DNA from: Convolutriloba macropyga
Lineage: Eukaryota
DNA: 64,000 nt
Direction of reading: 5' to 3'
Assembly: GCF_964194025.1 (NCBI RefSeq)
Contig: NC_134474.1
Span: 60,264,001 to 60,328,000 of the forward strand
Shown here: one piece after another, positions 37,101 through 50,441 of the stretch
Layout: every line of letters starts with the position of its first letter
How positions within the stretch are numbered: position 1 is the stretch's first letter
Position numbers and translations under genes: made by a program
The notes under the pieces: model-generated
The model's input: only the letters and a program-made list of their open reading frames with translations
Database searches by the model: none
Told to the model about the DNA's origin: nothing

Positions 37101-40100
37101 AGATACGATTGTCTAAACATTAGTAAAAAAAAGTCTTCTAAACATAAGTACTTTTGATTTTGATAACTCATGTTTTGTCCCGTTGCGATGATGTCTTCTT
37201 TCGTAACTTTTGATATAAAAAGACTGCATCGTAAAAGAGCAGCTTTTGTATCACCCACAATATTGTATTCAACAATATCACTATGTGTCATTAAGGTGTG
37301 TATTCGTATAATGTCATAAAGGAAATTGAAAAAATGTGGACCAGCATCACTCATGAAAACACCTATACCATAAAGAGCTTCTTCGCATCCAAAAACATGA
37401 AAAAGATCTGCATTAAAAATGACAGAGAGTTCTCATTAGGAAGAATCAAAGAAATTCGCTCTGTAATTTTGTTAACGTGTAACTTGATCGGCGTTTTTCA
37501 TAAATTTCACTTTCCTGAATTTTTCTGTTTATTTCATTTAAAATATTAGAGTTGGAGGGGTATAGCCCTGGACCAAGTGTGTAATAATCCGATGGTTTGT
37601 ATCTGGTGTCGCTTCATCTAGATAAAAGAATTTACCATCTTTTGTGTTTTTGTGCAAGGAAGGATATGGAAGTTCTGTTATCGCTACCTCCCTTTCCCCA
37701 TCAAGAATAATTTGTTCAGGTAGGAAATTCGTGAAAGAACCTAAATTATTGTTTGGGTAACAATCAAACGATGCGTTGGAAGCCAACTCAACAGTGAAAA
37801 AACTCATCATTAAATGATAAATTTTGAAAGCTCTTCATAAAATTTACCTGGAAATTCGTTACCTTGTTCTCCGCAAAGGTTATAGGTTGGTGGTTTATAG
37901 GAAACAATTTTAACAATTTTGAAGATTTCGTTGGTGAACTGAGATTTATAATTTTTTGAACAGGATATTTTTTTGATATACGAACATTTTGACACACTCT
38001 ACGCAAACGTGGTCACTTATATTGGTTTATTGGGTATCTCTAAAGAATTGACAAAAAAGTCTTTGTTTGTTACATTTTTTGAGGCTTTATCTGTTGAGCG
38101 ATTAACTCTTCTGTTCATAGTTTTGAGAAAAGAATCCAATTTTCTCATGTATTTGTCACCATTTTCTTTCATATAGCGATAAAAATGTTTTTCAGAGACT
38201 TTTTGGCTCGTTCTGCTACAGCAGCTTTTGTTTTGCTCCTAGTAGAGTATATTTTGATTTTCTTGTCCTTACAAAATGTTCGAAAGTCACCAGTAAACTA
38301 CGTTCCCTGATCAACCCATACCTTTGCTGGCGTACTCTTTTTACGCAACGTTTTTTTGACAGCTAAAACTGCATCGGTAGAAAATTTTGACCTCATTGGT
38401 TGCACACGAACAAAGCGAGAAAAAACGTCAACACATACTAATTAATACTTCACTCCATTATTAGAGTCCGATTATTTATCCATAAAAGCCAGATCGAGAC
38501 AACAGATATCTTTGACTCGCTTAGCAAATGCTGGTAATCTTTTGAAATGTCGGTTTGCATGGCAATACTTTGTATAGGAATCTTTACTGTGTAGAAAGTA
38601 GGCAATTTTCTTTTTGGATAACCCATTTGCCTTTTGTAGATTTTTAATTGACCCATATGCGGTTTTTCCATCTCAGTACAATCCTTGTAGCTTGGTTTTT
38701 TCAAATTTTGAAAGTAATCCAGATCCCTCTGTCTTTGCTTTTGGCATCTTTGTTTATTACTTTTTGCGATTTAATTCCGGTAGCATCAAGTATAGTGTAA
38801 TATTTGTCTGGTAAATTATCGTTCTTTCTTTTCAATGCAAAAGTAAAGTCTGCGAGAGCTACTTCTGTCTCTTCCATCCAATAAAATTGTGTCAGTGAGA
38901 GATAGCCTGACTCTCCGCGATTTAAAAATTTTATCTACAAGTGATTCGTTCTTGAATGATCTTGTTCTGGTGTTGATTTCCTTGTATTTAGGGTTCAAAT
39001 CTGTTGGGACAGAAACTGGTTTCTGCTCAAAAGTGTCCAAATGTTTAACTTCAAATTTAAATTTTTGTTCGTAAAGGTGTTGAGGAACCAAAACAAACTG
39101 CTCCATTCAAGATAATCGATTAATGATAGAGGGTGTCAAAATTGATATGAGCTCTATTCCTTTTCGTGAACTTTGTAGTGATTTTTTTTACTCCGGTTTT
39201 TTATCACAAATTGATGAATTTCTTCTCTGTACTTTTATATGTCTTGTTTTTTGTATTTCTAGGAGTTGTCCTCTGAAAAGGTTTACTATGCATTCGTTTT
39301 GAAACTGAATGAAAACTTTTGGACAATTCCTTAAAAACTTTTTTGAAGCTCTGGGAATACGTTCGGAACGCTATCAGTGTTGAGAGATGTTGTGTGATCA
39401 TTGTTCAAAAAATTAATCTCATGTTTCGTTTTAGGAAGAAGAAAAGTGGGAATCGAACCAATGTTTGTGCAAAATCTAAGAGAGTCGACTCTTTTTGGAG
39501 TCAGATCAATGAGTAAATGACATTACGGGATTGAAGTAGCTTTTGTATACCAATCTTTTAATTGTGATCCTAACCCGAGCTGCTGACTCTGAGTGTTAAT
39601 CTGGAGATCATCTTTAGGTGACCTGAATAAAACTGTATGAGTACTTTGTAACTCAATGTCTCTTCCCAACCTACTCTGATGAAAAAGATTATGTTTTATA
39701 CAATTTGTACTAAGTCCTTTGTGCCCACCAGCAGTTGCAATTTTTTGTTGTAATCATTCCAGCTTGAGATTTCCTCAAAAAAAAATGATCAAAAATCAGC
39801 AATTTGTTCAATTATTGGGTAGCCGCTGAATGAACTCAAAATCAATTCCTTGAAAAAAATAAATGTTTTTGGAAATTAGTCCGTAAAGTGATTGATAATG
39901 TTGATAAAAATAGTAAATTTTTTATCAAATTTGGATTGAAAAGTTCCAGTGAATTACCAATCATGGATAAAATGAGATTTTCCAGACCCGCTTGTTCCTG
40001 TCAATAAAATAAAGATGCGTTCCTTAGTGTACAAGTTATTTTTTTAATAGTTGTGTGGAAGATAAAATATAACCGACTGTAGTAGATAAGATAGCAATCC

Positions 40101-43100
40101 ACATTTTTGTTTCTTCACAGGTTTTGTCAAGAGTTCTTCTTACTGTATAGCACGCTAATATTAACAAAAAAGCAAGTAAATTTGGACAAAATACAACCAA
40201 AGATATATTTCAAGTCTGTTCAAAACATTTCCACGATTGTCCTTCCTGGTTATTATCATCAGAGACAAAATTACCTAAATTTAAACCGTTAGCTGTATGA
40301 TCGGTCATTTATACCTTATTTTTTAGGGAAAAATTAGTTTTTTTTTCAATGGGGAATGCGACTTTTCTCTGATTTCAAAAGTAGTGAAATAAAGATAATG
40401 AATTGCAAAACGATCACAACTACAATTAGAAATTATAAATATTATACGCTATCAAAACAGACAACAGTCCAATTTCCGTGGGAATAACCTTTCTTCTCTG
40501 CACAGTGAAATGTCTTTTTGTGTCCATACGGATAGTTACTACAACCCCAGTCAGTATCCAAGTTGTTGAGAAGTTTGGAAGCTTTTGGACAACCAAGATC
40601 ATCTAGATTCTCCACATATTTACACAAGTAATTTGAGACGAAAATACACTTCTCTATCCCTTTTGCGAAGTAATCAATTTTAGGTGAACAATGTTGGTGA
40701 ATGGATTTTTCTGAGCTGCTTTCTCTTGAATTGTGTCACTTCTCAAATGATTTTATCGTAGCGTTTGAACTGAATTGCGTTACTTCTATATACGGTAGTT
40801 TGAAAAACACTCCAAAATCAGATTGGTTACACAATGGCAGCAGTTATGTGTCAAGTTGTACCTGACTTCTCTAAAAAAATTTTACGAAAAAGTTTTGTTC
40901 ATTTGCGCATCGGTTATAGATTATAAAATTTACTAGCTTACTAGTGAGTACTTTGTTGTGTCTCACAAATACACTTTTGTCCTCTGAAAAACTGTTCTCA
41001 TCACATAATTCTCATTTCACCTTCCATTAATGAATTACTCCAAAAAAGTTGATAATTTAATTAACAGACAGTGTTTCTTTTCAATATCAGACTTTTCAAT
41101 AGCAGACAGTGGACTGCTTTTACACCTTATAGAAGCATCAGTGTTTCGATCACACAAAAAACGAAGCAGGACTTGTTTTTACTCAATTGAAGGGAGCAAT
41201 GAAACGTAATTTGGAGAACAAATTTGTCAAAAACTACCCAGCGTGTCCAAGTAGAGATTGAGTAGAAAGAAGTTCAAGAGACATCTACTGACAGCTGAGA
41301 AAAAAAACGCAAGCACACAAACATTGAGATCATCTTTCTTCGATCGAAATCAGAGGCTAAAGATTTCAAAGTATGAGAGTGAATTAATGAAAATTGTTGA
41401 TTGTTTAATAGATGGTCATGAAATAATTGATAGCCCCATGTTATACTTTGAAGTTAGCAAATCAAAAGTTTTTGTACTATAACAATCTTTGTCTAAAAAT
41501 ATCAAACTTTTACCGGTTAATTCGGGTTACCTCTTATGTTTTAAATCTAGTGTATATTTTAAAAGTCGAAATTTGAACTCATTATTTTTGTTAAATGTCG
41601 AATTCTCAAAAAAATTATTTTGTTAAATTTCAAAAATAGAACCTCAGATTTTTCGTTAAAAGTCAAAAATGTTACCAATTTGTGCGTACAAAATCTGCAT
41701 TTTTTTCTCGTTTTTCTTAGAAAGATTTAAAGCAAATAACAAAAGTTTTAATAATTTTTAAAATGACAAGATTTTGAGTCTATTCTTGCACCTTAAAAAT
41801 CGGATTATAAAAAATTTTTGCTTAAAAATCAATTAATTTCTCGACATTTTTTGTTAAATATCGAAAAAAAGTTCAACAATTTTCCTATATATCAAAAATA
41901 ATTTGGACATTTGTTTTCATTTCGAAAAACAAAGTTTTTAATAATAACTAAGCACCTAAATTATCAAATAAGGTTTCGTGTTAAACTTTAATCTTAAAAA
42001 CTTGAAAAAAGTAGTCAAAAATAGATACAATTGAATAAGCAAATTTCATAAGAAAAACCTAAAAAGGTTTTCAACAACTTTATTATTTTTATAAACAAAT
42101 ACAAAAAAGGTTTATAAAACTGAACACAGAAATAATTCATAACGAAGTTCAATAACTTATTCTGGCAAGTTCTCAATTTCATTACCGAATACTCCTTGCC
42201 GCTCAATTGTATCAAGTAGTTGAGTTGGTTGAAAAGAGACTGGGGTATTAGGTACATCACTCAAAAAGGGTTTCAAGTTTCTCTTTCCTGAATCGAAGGA
42301 GTTGTCATCGAGGTTGTAGTTCACATGTCCGTTGATCCATAGTACTGCGCTGGATCAAAGTTTTCCAGATCGTTAAATGATGAGGTGGTAATAGTATCGA
42401 CACTCAACTTGTTATCTTCTCTACTGTGAGCTCCTGAAATTGTGTGGAGAAGATTGTTTTCCACCTCGGGGCTTGATACCTGACATACCCCGGTGTAGGG
42501 AACCAATTGTTTGAAATTTGACCTTTCTCCCATGGAAATATGTACTGAATGCTTCCAGCTTCAATTGGCGGGAAATTTGGATCCATTAACGTGAGAATAG
42601 TATTGTCCTTTAAAAACAGCAACTTCGTGTCCCATCGCTTGAGCTCCAAGCAGGTTCTCTGTGATTGGAACCTGACCCTGATGATATATATAAAACTGTT
42701 GTCGCTGGTGCTCATTAATGTGTCACACAGTAATGAGTAAAGTGATCACAGAGTCATAGAGTCCACTTGATAAATCTCGAACACCTATCCGAGTAAATTC
42801 CTCAGTGAAAACAACTGAGTACAGAAGGTTATTATTTTGAACAGTGAAATCCATTTTGTACTAAATGATAGAAGAGATTTTTTGTAAGAAAATTGAGAAT
42901 GGAACAAAAGATTCTTGTTCAGAACGAGATAAAAGAGATAAGTGGAGAAGAAGTTAGAAAGCAGCAAATTTTTTTTATTAGGAAGAGAATAAAATATCTA
43001 AATTTTATTCGAAAAAAAATTAAAACTAAAGTAAATATTGTCTTAAATAAGAAGAATCTGAATGTTGGAACTCGATATCAGGATAAAATGTTGACGACTA

Positions 43101-44667
43101 GTTATTTAATTGGTGAGAAATATTAGCGACAATGCTTTCAGAGAGGTTGGATCAAATGATAATGTCTAAAATAACATCCTCTATATATAGTGTGCTCTAT
43201 CCAATCAGAGAACAGTAACCAAAGATGGAAGATTTTACGAAAAAAGTGACGTTAGCTTGAAATTTCTGGAAGAACTGAAATTCAATTCCAAATTTGGGTA
43301 AAGTTTTCTAACAGGGTAGGAATTGAAGGATAAGTACAAGTATCCGATTTTGCATATTACCTAATATAGTCTTTTGTAGTTGAAATCAGGTTACCTAATT
43401 TACCAAAAATTTAAGCTTTGATAAAAGTTTTCCTATTCGTCAAATATTGGACAAATCTCGGAAAATGATCACTTTTTTAGAATCAAATTTTTGTATTTAT
43501 GCGTTAGGTAAACGAATTCCGAACCTGATCCCTACTCCCACTACATTGTAGTTGTTTTAAAAACGGAAATAAAAAGCCCTCTGTAGTGAAGAAGTTATTG
43601 TTATTGGATCAGGGAGAGGAACAAAGTTTTTTTTCTGAATTATTTCTGTACTGCTCCAATATATCGGGGACGGAGTTCAAATTGAGCAAGAATTTGTGTT
43701 TACTAAAAACTTACATGCAATTCTCAGGATAAATCGTAAGACTGATTCGCAATAAAGTCCTCGTATTCAATTTTTTTAATAGAGAACTTTGCATACTCAA
43801 GACCTTTTCTAAATTGGATTTTTCTTTTGGATTTTGTAAAAATGTCCGAAAAATTGTACAAATTATGAATCTGCGTCAATTTCATAAATTTTGATTGCAT
43901 CAGGTATACCTTCTTTTCTCTTGTAAATCTTCTCCAAAAATTATAATTGGTTTTTGGTCAACATGTTTTACAAATGATCAAAATGTCACGTATTATTCGA
44001 TCAAATTTTAAAAATTTTAAAAGAAAAAATGAGATGAACAGAACGATATCAATAACTTTTACAACAAATCTCTTAAAACTAAAATTTAATTTGTTTGTCG
44101 TTTGTAATATGATCACGTTAAAGACAATTGTATATAAGTTATCTTCAATTATAGTAGGAGTTTTCTTCTATAATATTTTAATATTATTGTAAAAACACAC
44201 TTAGTGTACTATCAATAAAATTAGTTTGCTTAGAGTAGTATTTGTATTCTGTAAGAGAGCAAAAATCTGACTGATACAATTTTTTAAAAAGTCTGTTTCC
44301 GGATGAAAACTATTGTTTTGTAAAAAAAAAATGTAACACAAATCAGCAATATGACAACTAAATATAACTTCAGATTTTCAATTCTCCTCTATGCTATGAG
44401 AATACACATTTAAATGATGTTTTTTGGATTTAAATACAATGTAGAATGCAACGCTGTGATTGCTTAGTAGGAAGTTCTTGAATTTCTTATTTCGTAATGC
44501 TACTAAAAATAGAATTTACGTCATTTCCTCATATGAAAACAATGAGTCTTACGAGTGATTCTAGCTAACAAACCAAAAATTGTATTCATTCTTACTTTGT
44601 TGTCAGATACAGTTGCTCAGAACTTCGACTGAATTTTATTCAGTTCATTTTGGAACAAAACAATACA

Positions 44668-47600
44668 ATGCCTTCTTTTGATAGAAATCTGCCTTTTAAA
44701 GGCACAAAGTGCAAGAAAATGGTTTTTCAAGCAGCAAATAGCTCGACAAAAAAAATTTTGTGTTAGTGGGACTTTACATTGTCCCAAGTGTCCACATTTC
44801 AAAGGTGAAAGAGGACTTGAACTACCACCTTGCTAAGCATCACGCTCCTCAAGATAAGAAGCTTATTACATTGTGCGCTATATGCTTGGAGGAATTTCCA
44901 AGTTTTTATTCTCTTCAACAATATAAGAGACGGCAACAAGGAACATCGCTTAAAGTTGGAACAAAATCCAGCGAAAGACTGAAAAAAAAACTGGAATCAA
45001 AAGAATTGTATGAGAACAACAAAAAGTTACAGCAGGAACTTAGTGCCTGTAAAAACTTCTTTGACAATACCAAGATGGAGAATGTGAGACATAGAGAATT
45101 CATGTTTAGGTTGTCGAAACTTGATCTGAGCAAAATTAATGAAAAACTGAGTGAAATGTTTGAAAATTCTAACTGCGCTGCAAAAATACATTTAGCTCTT
45201 GGAATTTTTTACTAATTGTGGACACAGACGAATACCGATATTTTTATGCTCATTAGAACATCACTTTTTTCTAAAGGGTACTTAGTCTCACTTCAGGATA
45301 GAGTAAAGAGAATGGATTTGGTTGAGACTTAAAATGGCGGTATGCACTAACTACGAAGGTGACAATTTCCTGTGTTCTTCTCAAAAATATTCCAATGGGA
45401 TGTTTAGATGCTGTTATACATGAACAGCTCTCGAGAAGATCAGATGTTATTGTCTTGTTACGAATGGACACGGAGAAAACTATAAGGACTATCTTTGCTT
45501 GTTTAGAGCTGTGGCTGTTCACTTGTATGGATCAGCTGAGCTTGAAACAAACGCAGCTAAGTTTTTCAGTGACTTTCTCCACGAGTCAGATTTTGACGGA
45601 ATTATTTTAGGAGGAGTGTCGATGGATCACTTTGTGTTTGTAGAAAACGCTATAAAACACAACATTTATGACATTGACAATGACGACGAGGATTTTGTAG
45701 GTGAACATGCAAGAAAAAGTATTGAGATGTACAAGAACAGCAATAATCTACTGCGCTACAACAACCACATTTGCTATGTTGATGATGTCCGCACGTTTTT
45801 GCAAAAATAGGATACAGCACGTATATCTGAAGAGTGTTTACACTTTAAGAGAAACTTCGTTCGATAAACTTGACGGATTAGAATTTAAACATCAGGAAGA
45901 TCAAAAATTGTTCGAAAACTTGGCTGTGTTTGATTTCGAATCAATCTGTGTTCCATCAAATGAACTAATGGATGCCAATTCAACTACTCGGATAGGAAAA
46001 CATGAACCAATCTTTGTGTAATTATTCTCTAGTTTTTACAAGAACCCATTTTCATTTGCAACAAAAGACCCCAAGACACTGATTTGTAGTGAAGCACTTT
46101 TTTGCTTTTCTAGTGAAGCACTAGAAAAACTAGCTAGAAAAAGTTAAGCAGAAGTGTTGCAAAAATATTCCTCTATTGAAAATGCAAATAAAATCAGACT
46201 AAATTTTGTTTTTGAGAAGCTAAGTGAACGGAAAATTGAGAGTACTCCAATGTTTGAATTTCAATATGTTGAAGAAAAGGAAGTTGATATGTCAACTCAG
46301 TTCCTCGAAATTCAGAAAAATCAACTTTTCGAACTAAAACAACATATTGGACTTTATGTTAACACTTTACCTGTGTTTGGATTCAACAGCGGGAAAAATG
46401 ATTAGAATTTTAACAAGTCCTATATACTACCCTTCCTCATTCACGAGAGAATTATTCAGCTAACCGTTTTTAAAAAAGCGAATAATTTTGTATCATTTGA
46501 ATTTGGTGATGTAAAGTTTCTCGATTTTCTAATCGTTATGGGTAGAGCAACATCATTAGATTCATTCCCTAGAGCTTACAAGACAAATGAGACTAAAAGA
46601 TTTTCGCCTATGTGTCGATCGACCCACCAAACAAATTGGATGCAACTTTCCTTCCCCCTTAGGAATGTTTCTTTATTAAGTTGAGAGATCAGAATCCCGT
46701 GGAGAAAGAATTCACAGATTTCACAAAATTGTTGAAAAGCGCACTTTCCCTACAAGAGGCTCTGAAAACACTTAGGCTGAAGAAATTACCCGCTTCGGGA
46801 GTTGAAAACTACAATTTATTGAAAAGTGTGGAACAAATGTCAATTTTTCAAGACTTTGTGAGGTGGTATAACAACAAAGAAGTTGTCCCGAGGCTAAAAG
46901 CGATGCAGAAAATGATGGATTTCTATCAAAACAAAAAAATTTATGTGTTAAAGTTAGGTTTCACACTACCTAAATTGGCGAATATTTTTCTACCCAAATC
47001 AACTAATAAAAAAAACCTACCCTTTCATTGAAGCGGACAAAGATTTACATAATAAAATACGCGAAGCTATGACGGTTGGTCCTTCTATTGTCTTTAATTT
47101 TAAAGCGGTTGTGGCTCAAGCATATAATCGAAACCCAGAAAAAAATTGCATATCAATTGTGGGTATAGACACCAGTCATTTTTAACTCTTCTCAATGTGT
47201 CAAGAAATTCCCACTGGGCTTTATACTAGATGGGAATTTGATTCAGAATCTCAGAAGTTTAAAACTAGGCGAAATAGATCGAGGAAATTGAGAACATGGT
47301 TATATCTTACCTACAATGTCAGCGTCCTAACTGCACGATTGAAGGTTACCACACAACTGGAACTCAAAAAAGTGTGATTTTTTTCTGAAGCAATGGGTTG
47401 TTACTTTCATTTTTGTGCAGATCAGGAAGCAAGAGCAAGTATGTCAGAAGAAGAGACCCAGAGAAGACTCAAGCAGCGAGAATATGACAAACTGAAACGA
47501 GGCTATTTGCGGTACAAAAGATATAAAGTTATTGAGATATGGAAATATGAATTGTAGAAAACTTTCAAAGATCATGAATCTGTAAAACTTCACTTGAGAA

Positions 47601-48852
47601 ACAATTTCTTTCTCAAGCTACCTCTGACACAAGAATCTCTCCTTGCTAAGATAAAAGAAGAGAAAAAATTTGGTTACGTTCAGTGTGATCTCGGTGTTCC
47701 AAATGGGTTGAAACACAAGTTCTCCAATTTTCCGCCAATATTCAAAAACTTCAATGTTGGTCCAGCATTTATTGGTGATTTAATGAGTGACGATGCAATT
47801 GAGAACGACGTACTGAAACAACCAAAACGCATGCTCATTTCAGGCTTCAAGTTGGAGAATGCAACAGCCATAATACGTTTACTCAACTTTTACCTTAGTC
47901 TTGGGCTGAAATGCAGAAAAGTTTATCGCATCGTTCAGTACACACCCAAAAAAAGCTTCAACAAATTTGTCGAGTGACTTGTTGCTGCTAGAAGAGCTGG
48001 ATAAAAAATTTTGAATCAAACGTTGTAGCAGAGACAATGAAATCGTTAGGGAACAGTTCCTATGGCCATCAAATCATGGAGAGAAGCAGACATACAGAGA
48101 CAAAATACCTGAACGATGAAAACACACTCAAAGCTATCAACGGGAAGTTGTTTAGGAGACTTAACAATGTGTCGAAAGAACTATACAAAATTAAACTTGT
48201 GAAATCAAAAATTGAGCACCGCGAACCGTTAATAGTTGGATTTTTTATACTTCAGTACGCAAAATTACGTTTGCTAGAGCTTTATTACAAATTTTGATGA
48301 ATTTTGCAATTGGACTCATTCGAAGAATTAGAAAAGGACACTGATTCCTTACACTTAGTCCTAGCACACGATATTTTGTACAATTGCATTCGTGCATCTA
48401 AAAAAGCAGAGTGGGAAGCTCTGAGGTAACACGATTGTGATGATTCATTCAAAGCTGTTGCTGTACAAAACTTCTTTCCTAGAAGTTGTTGTGATAAACA
48501 TAAAAAGCACGATAAGCATGAACTATGTTTGCTCATGGAAGAGTATAGATGTCCTGAAATGATTTGTTTTTGTAGCAAAACTTATTGTTGCCACGATGCC
48601 AAATCGGTTAAACACAAATTCAGCAGCAAAGGACTAACTAAACAAACATTGGAAGAGACCGGAGATGGACCATTGGAAAAGTGTCGGCGAATGATGGAGG
48701 AAATTATCAATTTAACATCTACAAATAGGGGATTTCGGACAATAAAACAGTGCGTCGCTACATTTGAACAAACAAAGAAAGGATTTTCATATTTTTATCC
48801 TACACGAAAAGTGTTATCTGATGGAATTCATACAGTACTCCTGAACTTGTAA
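44668..48852 (+). pseudogene. Polinton protein-primed family B DNA polymerase (pPolB) with N-terminal C2H2 fingers
   Basis: ExoI LAVFDFESI, ExoII VFGFNSGKND, ExoIII-like WYNNKEVVP, PolA VGIDTSHF..SMCQEIPTG, PolB KSLGNSSYG, PolC KDTDSL, and CSKTYCC..KFSSKG. Multiple stops and frameshifts. Confidence 0.95.
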
Positions 48853-48989
48853 ACTACCTAGTTGCTTTTCGTATTGTGAGCGCTCTCTGTTGTGTTTAAA
48901 AATACTTATACTTATGTACTTGATTTATACGATGTCTGTCTTTTTGTACCTTTATAATTCATTCTTTTAAAAACTTTCACTTTTATCAT

Positions 48990-49759
48990 TTTTAGCGGCC
49001 ATAGCTAATCTTAATAAATTGCCGCGGCTATACCTAATCTTAGTACATTTTGGCGGCTATGACTAATCTTAGTACATTGCGGTGGATCCTTTATCACACT
49101 TACACTCTACACAGTTGTAAAAGTAAAAACTGTAACAAGAACATTTAAAAGATCCAAACTGTCAATCAATTTGTGTCCATGTACTCCCTTCAAGTAAATG
49201 TTTATATGATGTAGAGTGATCTAAAAAATTAAATGCGAGAGATCTTTTGTATCCCTCTTTGAAACTTGAACTCCAAACAGTGTTCAAAACAGAGAGAGTG
49301 ATCGGAATGTGTGTAAACATTTCTCTGGCAACATCTGTTACTAAGTAATCAAACAGAATTAGCATTCAATTTTCCCCTCCTTTCAATGAAATTTCATCTG
49401 CAATGTTTACTACACTAAATTTCTGGACCAATCAAAACGCCCACATAAAATACCAACATATTTGATGGCTATACCCTACTAGGGCCATACCTAATCTTAA
49501 TACGTTGCGGCGGCTGTTGCTAATCTTAATACTTGGCGGCAGCTACTCCTAATCCTAATATGCGGCGGCGGCTATTCCTAATCTTAATACGTCGCAGCTA
49601 TACCTAATCTTAATACATGAGAACTATCTTAATACATGTAGGCGGCTCATACCTTATCTTATACAGTAGATAAGACCCCCTTAAAAATATACTCCTATAC
49701 CCTATCTTAATACATGGGGTCTACACCCCCGGTGGAGCCTTGCTCACCCTATTACTACT
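48990..49759 (-). repeat. Internal (first) right-side TIR copy, ending ctattactact
   Basis: Reverse complement of the left TIR, including its subterminal repeats. Confidence 0.9.
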
Positions 49760-50120
49760 TGCACTTCAGAGTTGCGTGAGAGCGTTCCGTAAGTCCAATA
49801 GTTTGTGGATGTTTCACTGTTGCGTGCTCCAGTCAATTTTCATTTAGTGAACATAGCTCATGCTTCAAACTAGATTTAAAAGTTGTTCCGAGGTCTGAAG
49901 CATTTTTGTTTGTAGAGTGTAACATGATTGAAGAAGATTTTAACCAACATTATTGCTACTTTTTTCTGCTGACGCGTTCGTGAGGGGTACGGCAAAGAGA
50001 TGTTTTGAAAAAGAAACCGTCGATTCCAGTTAATTCGTAATTAAAAATTGGCCATTGTAGCGGTCTTACCAGATCAATTTGCATCATGTCTCCAGGGAAA
50101 GATTGCTCAGATGATAGAGT
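49760..50120 (-). repeat. Inverted copy of the left flanking gypsy integrase segment (29394-29750)
   Basis: tgcacttcagagttgcgtgagagcgttcc...gattgctcagatgatagagt is the reverse complement of the left flank. ORF 49956..50183 gives SSEQSFPGDMMQIDLVRPL. Confidence 0.92.
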
Positions 50121-50441
50121 ACATGTAGGCGGCTCATACCTTATCTTATACATTAGATCAGACCCGCTCAGAAATATACTCATATATCCTATCTTAATAC
50201 GTGGGGTCTACACCCCCCACTCCGTGGAGCCTTGCTCACCATATTACTACAACCTTATTTTGAAATCAATCTCAAGTGACCAGTGAAACGACTGGCACAC
50301 ATAAGTATCCCTAGCAACGTTTATACATAACACATTTTACATTTCATCAATTGCTTGTTGTCATAGTGCCGTATTTCATAACGAGAGCCTAAAAAACAGT
50401 ATGATCTACGATTTTTAGTCAAATCGTTGGAAATTGCTGGT

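Larger units (their letters stand above)
33339..40843. repeat. Internal tandem duplication of ~3.75 kb (33339-37106 / 37107-40843) covering mCP, INT, ORF, ATPase and the accessory ORF
   Basis: gattgtctaaacattagtaaaaaaaagtc occurs at 33339 and 37107. Both units end in attggttaca..atggcagcag. Paired ORFs are offset by ~3745-3755. Confidence 0.95.
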
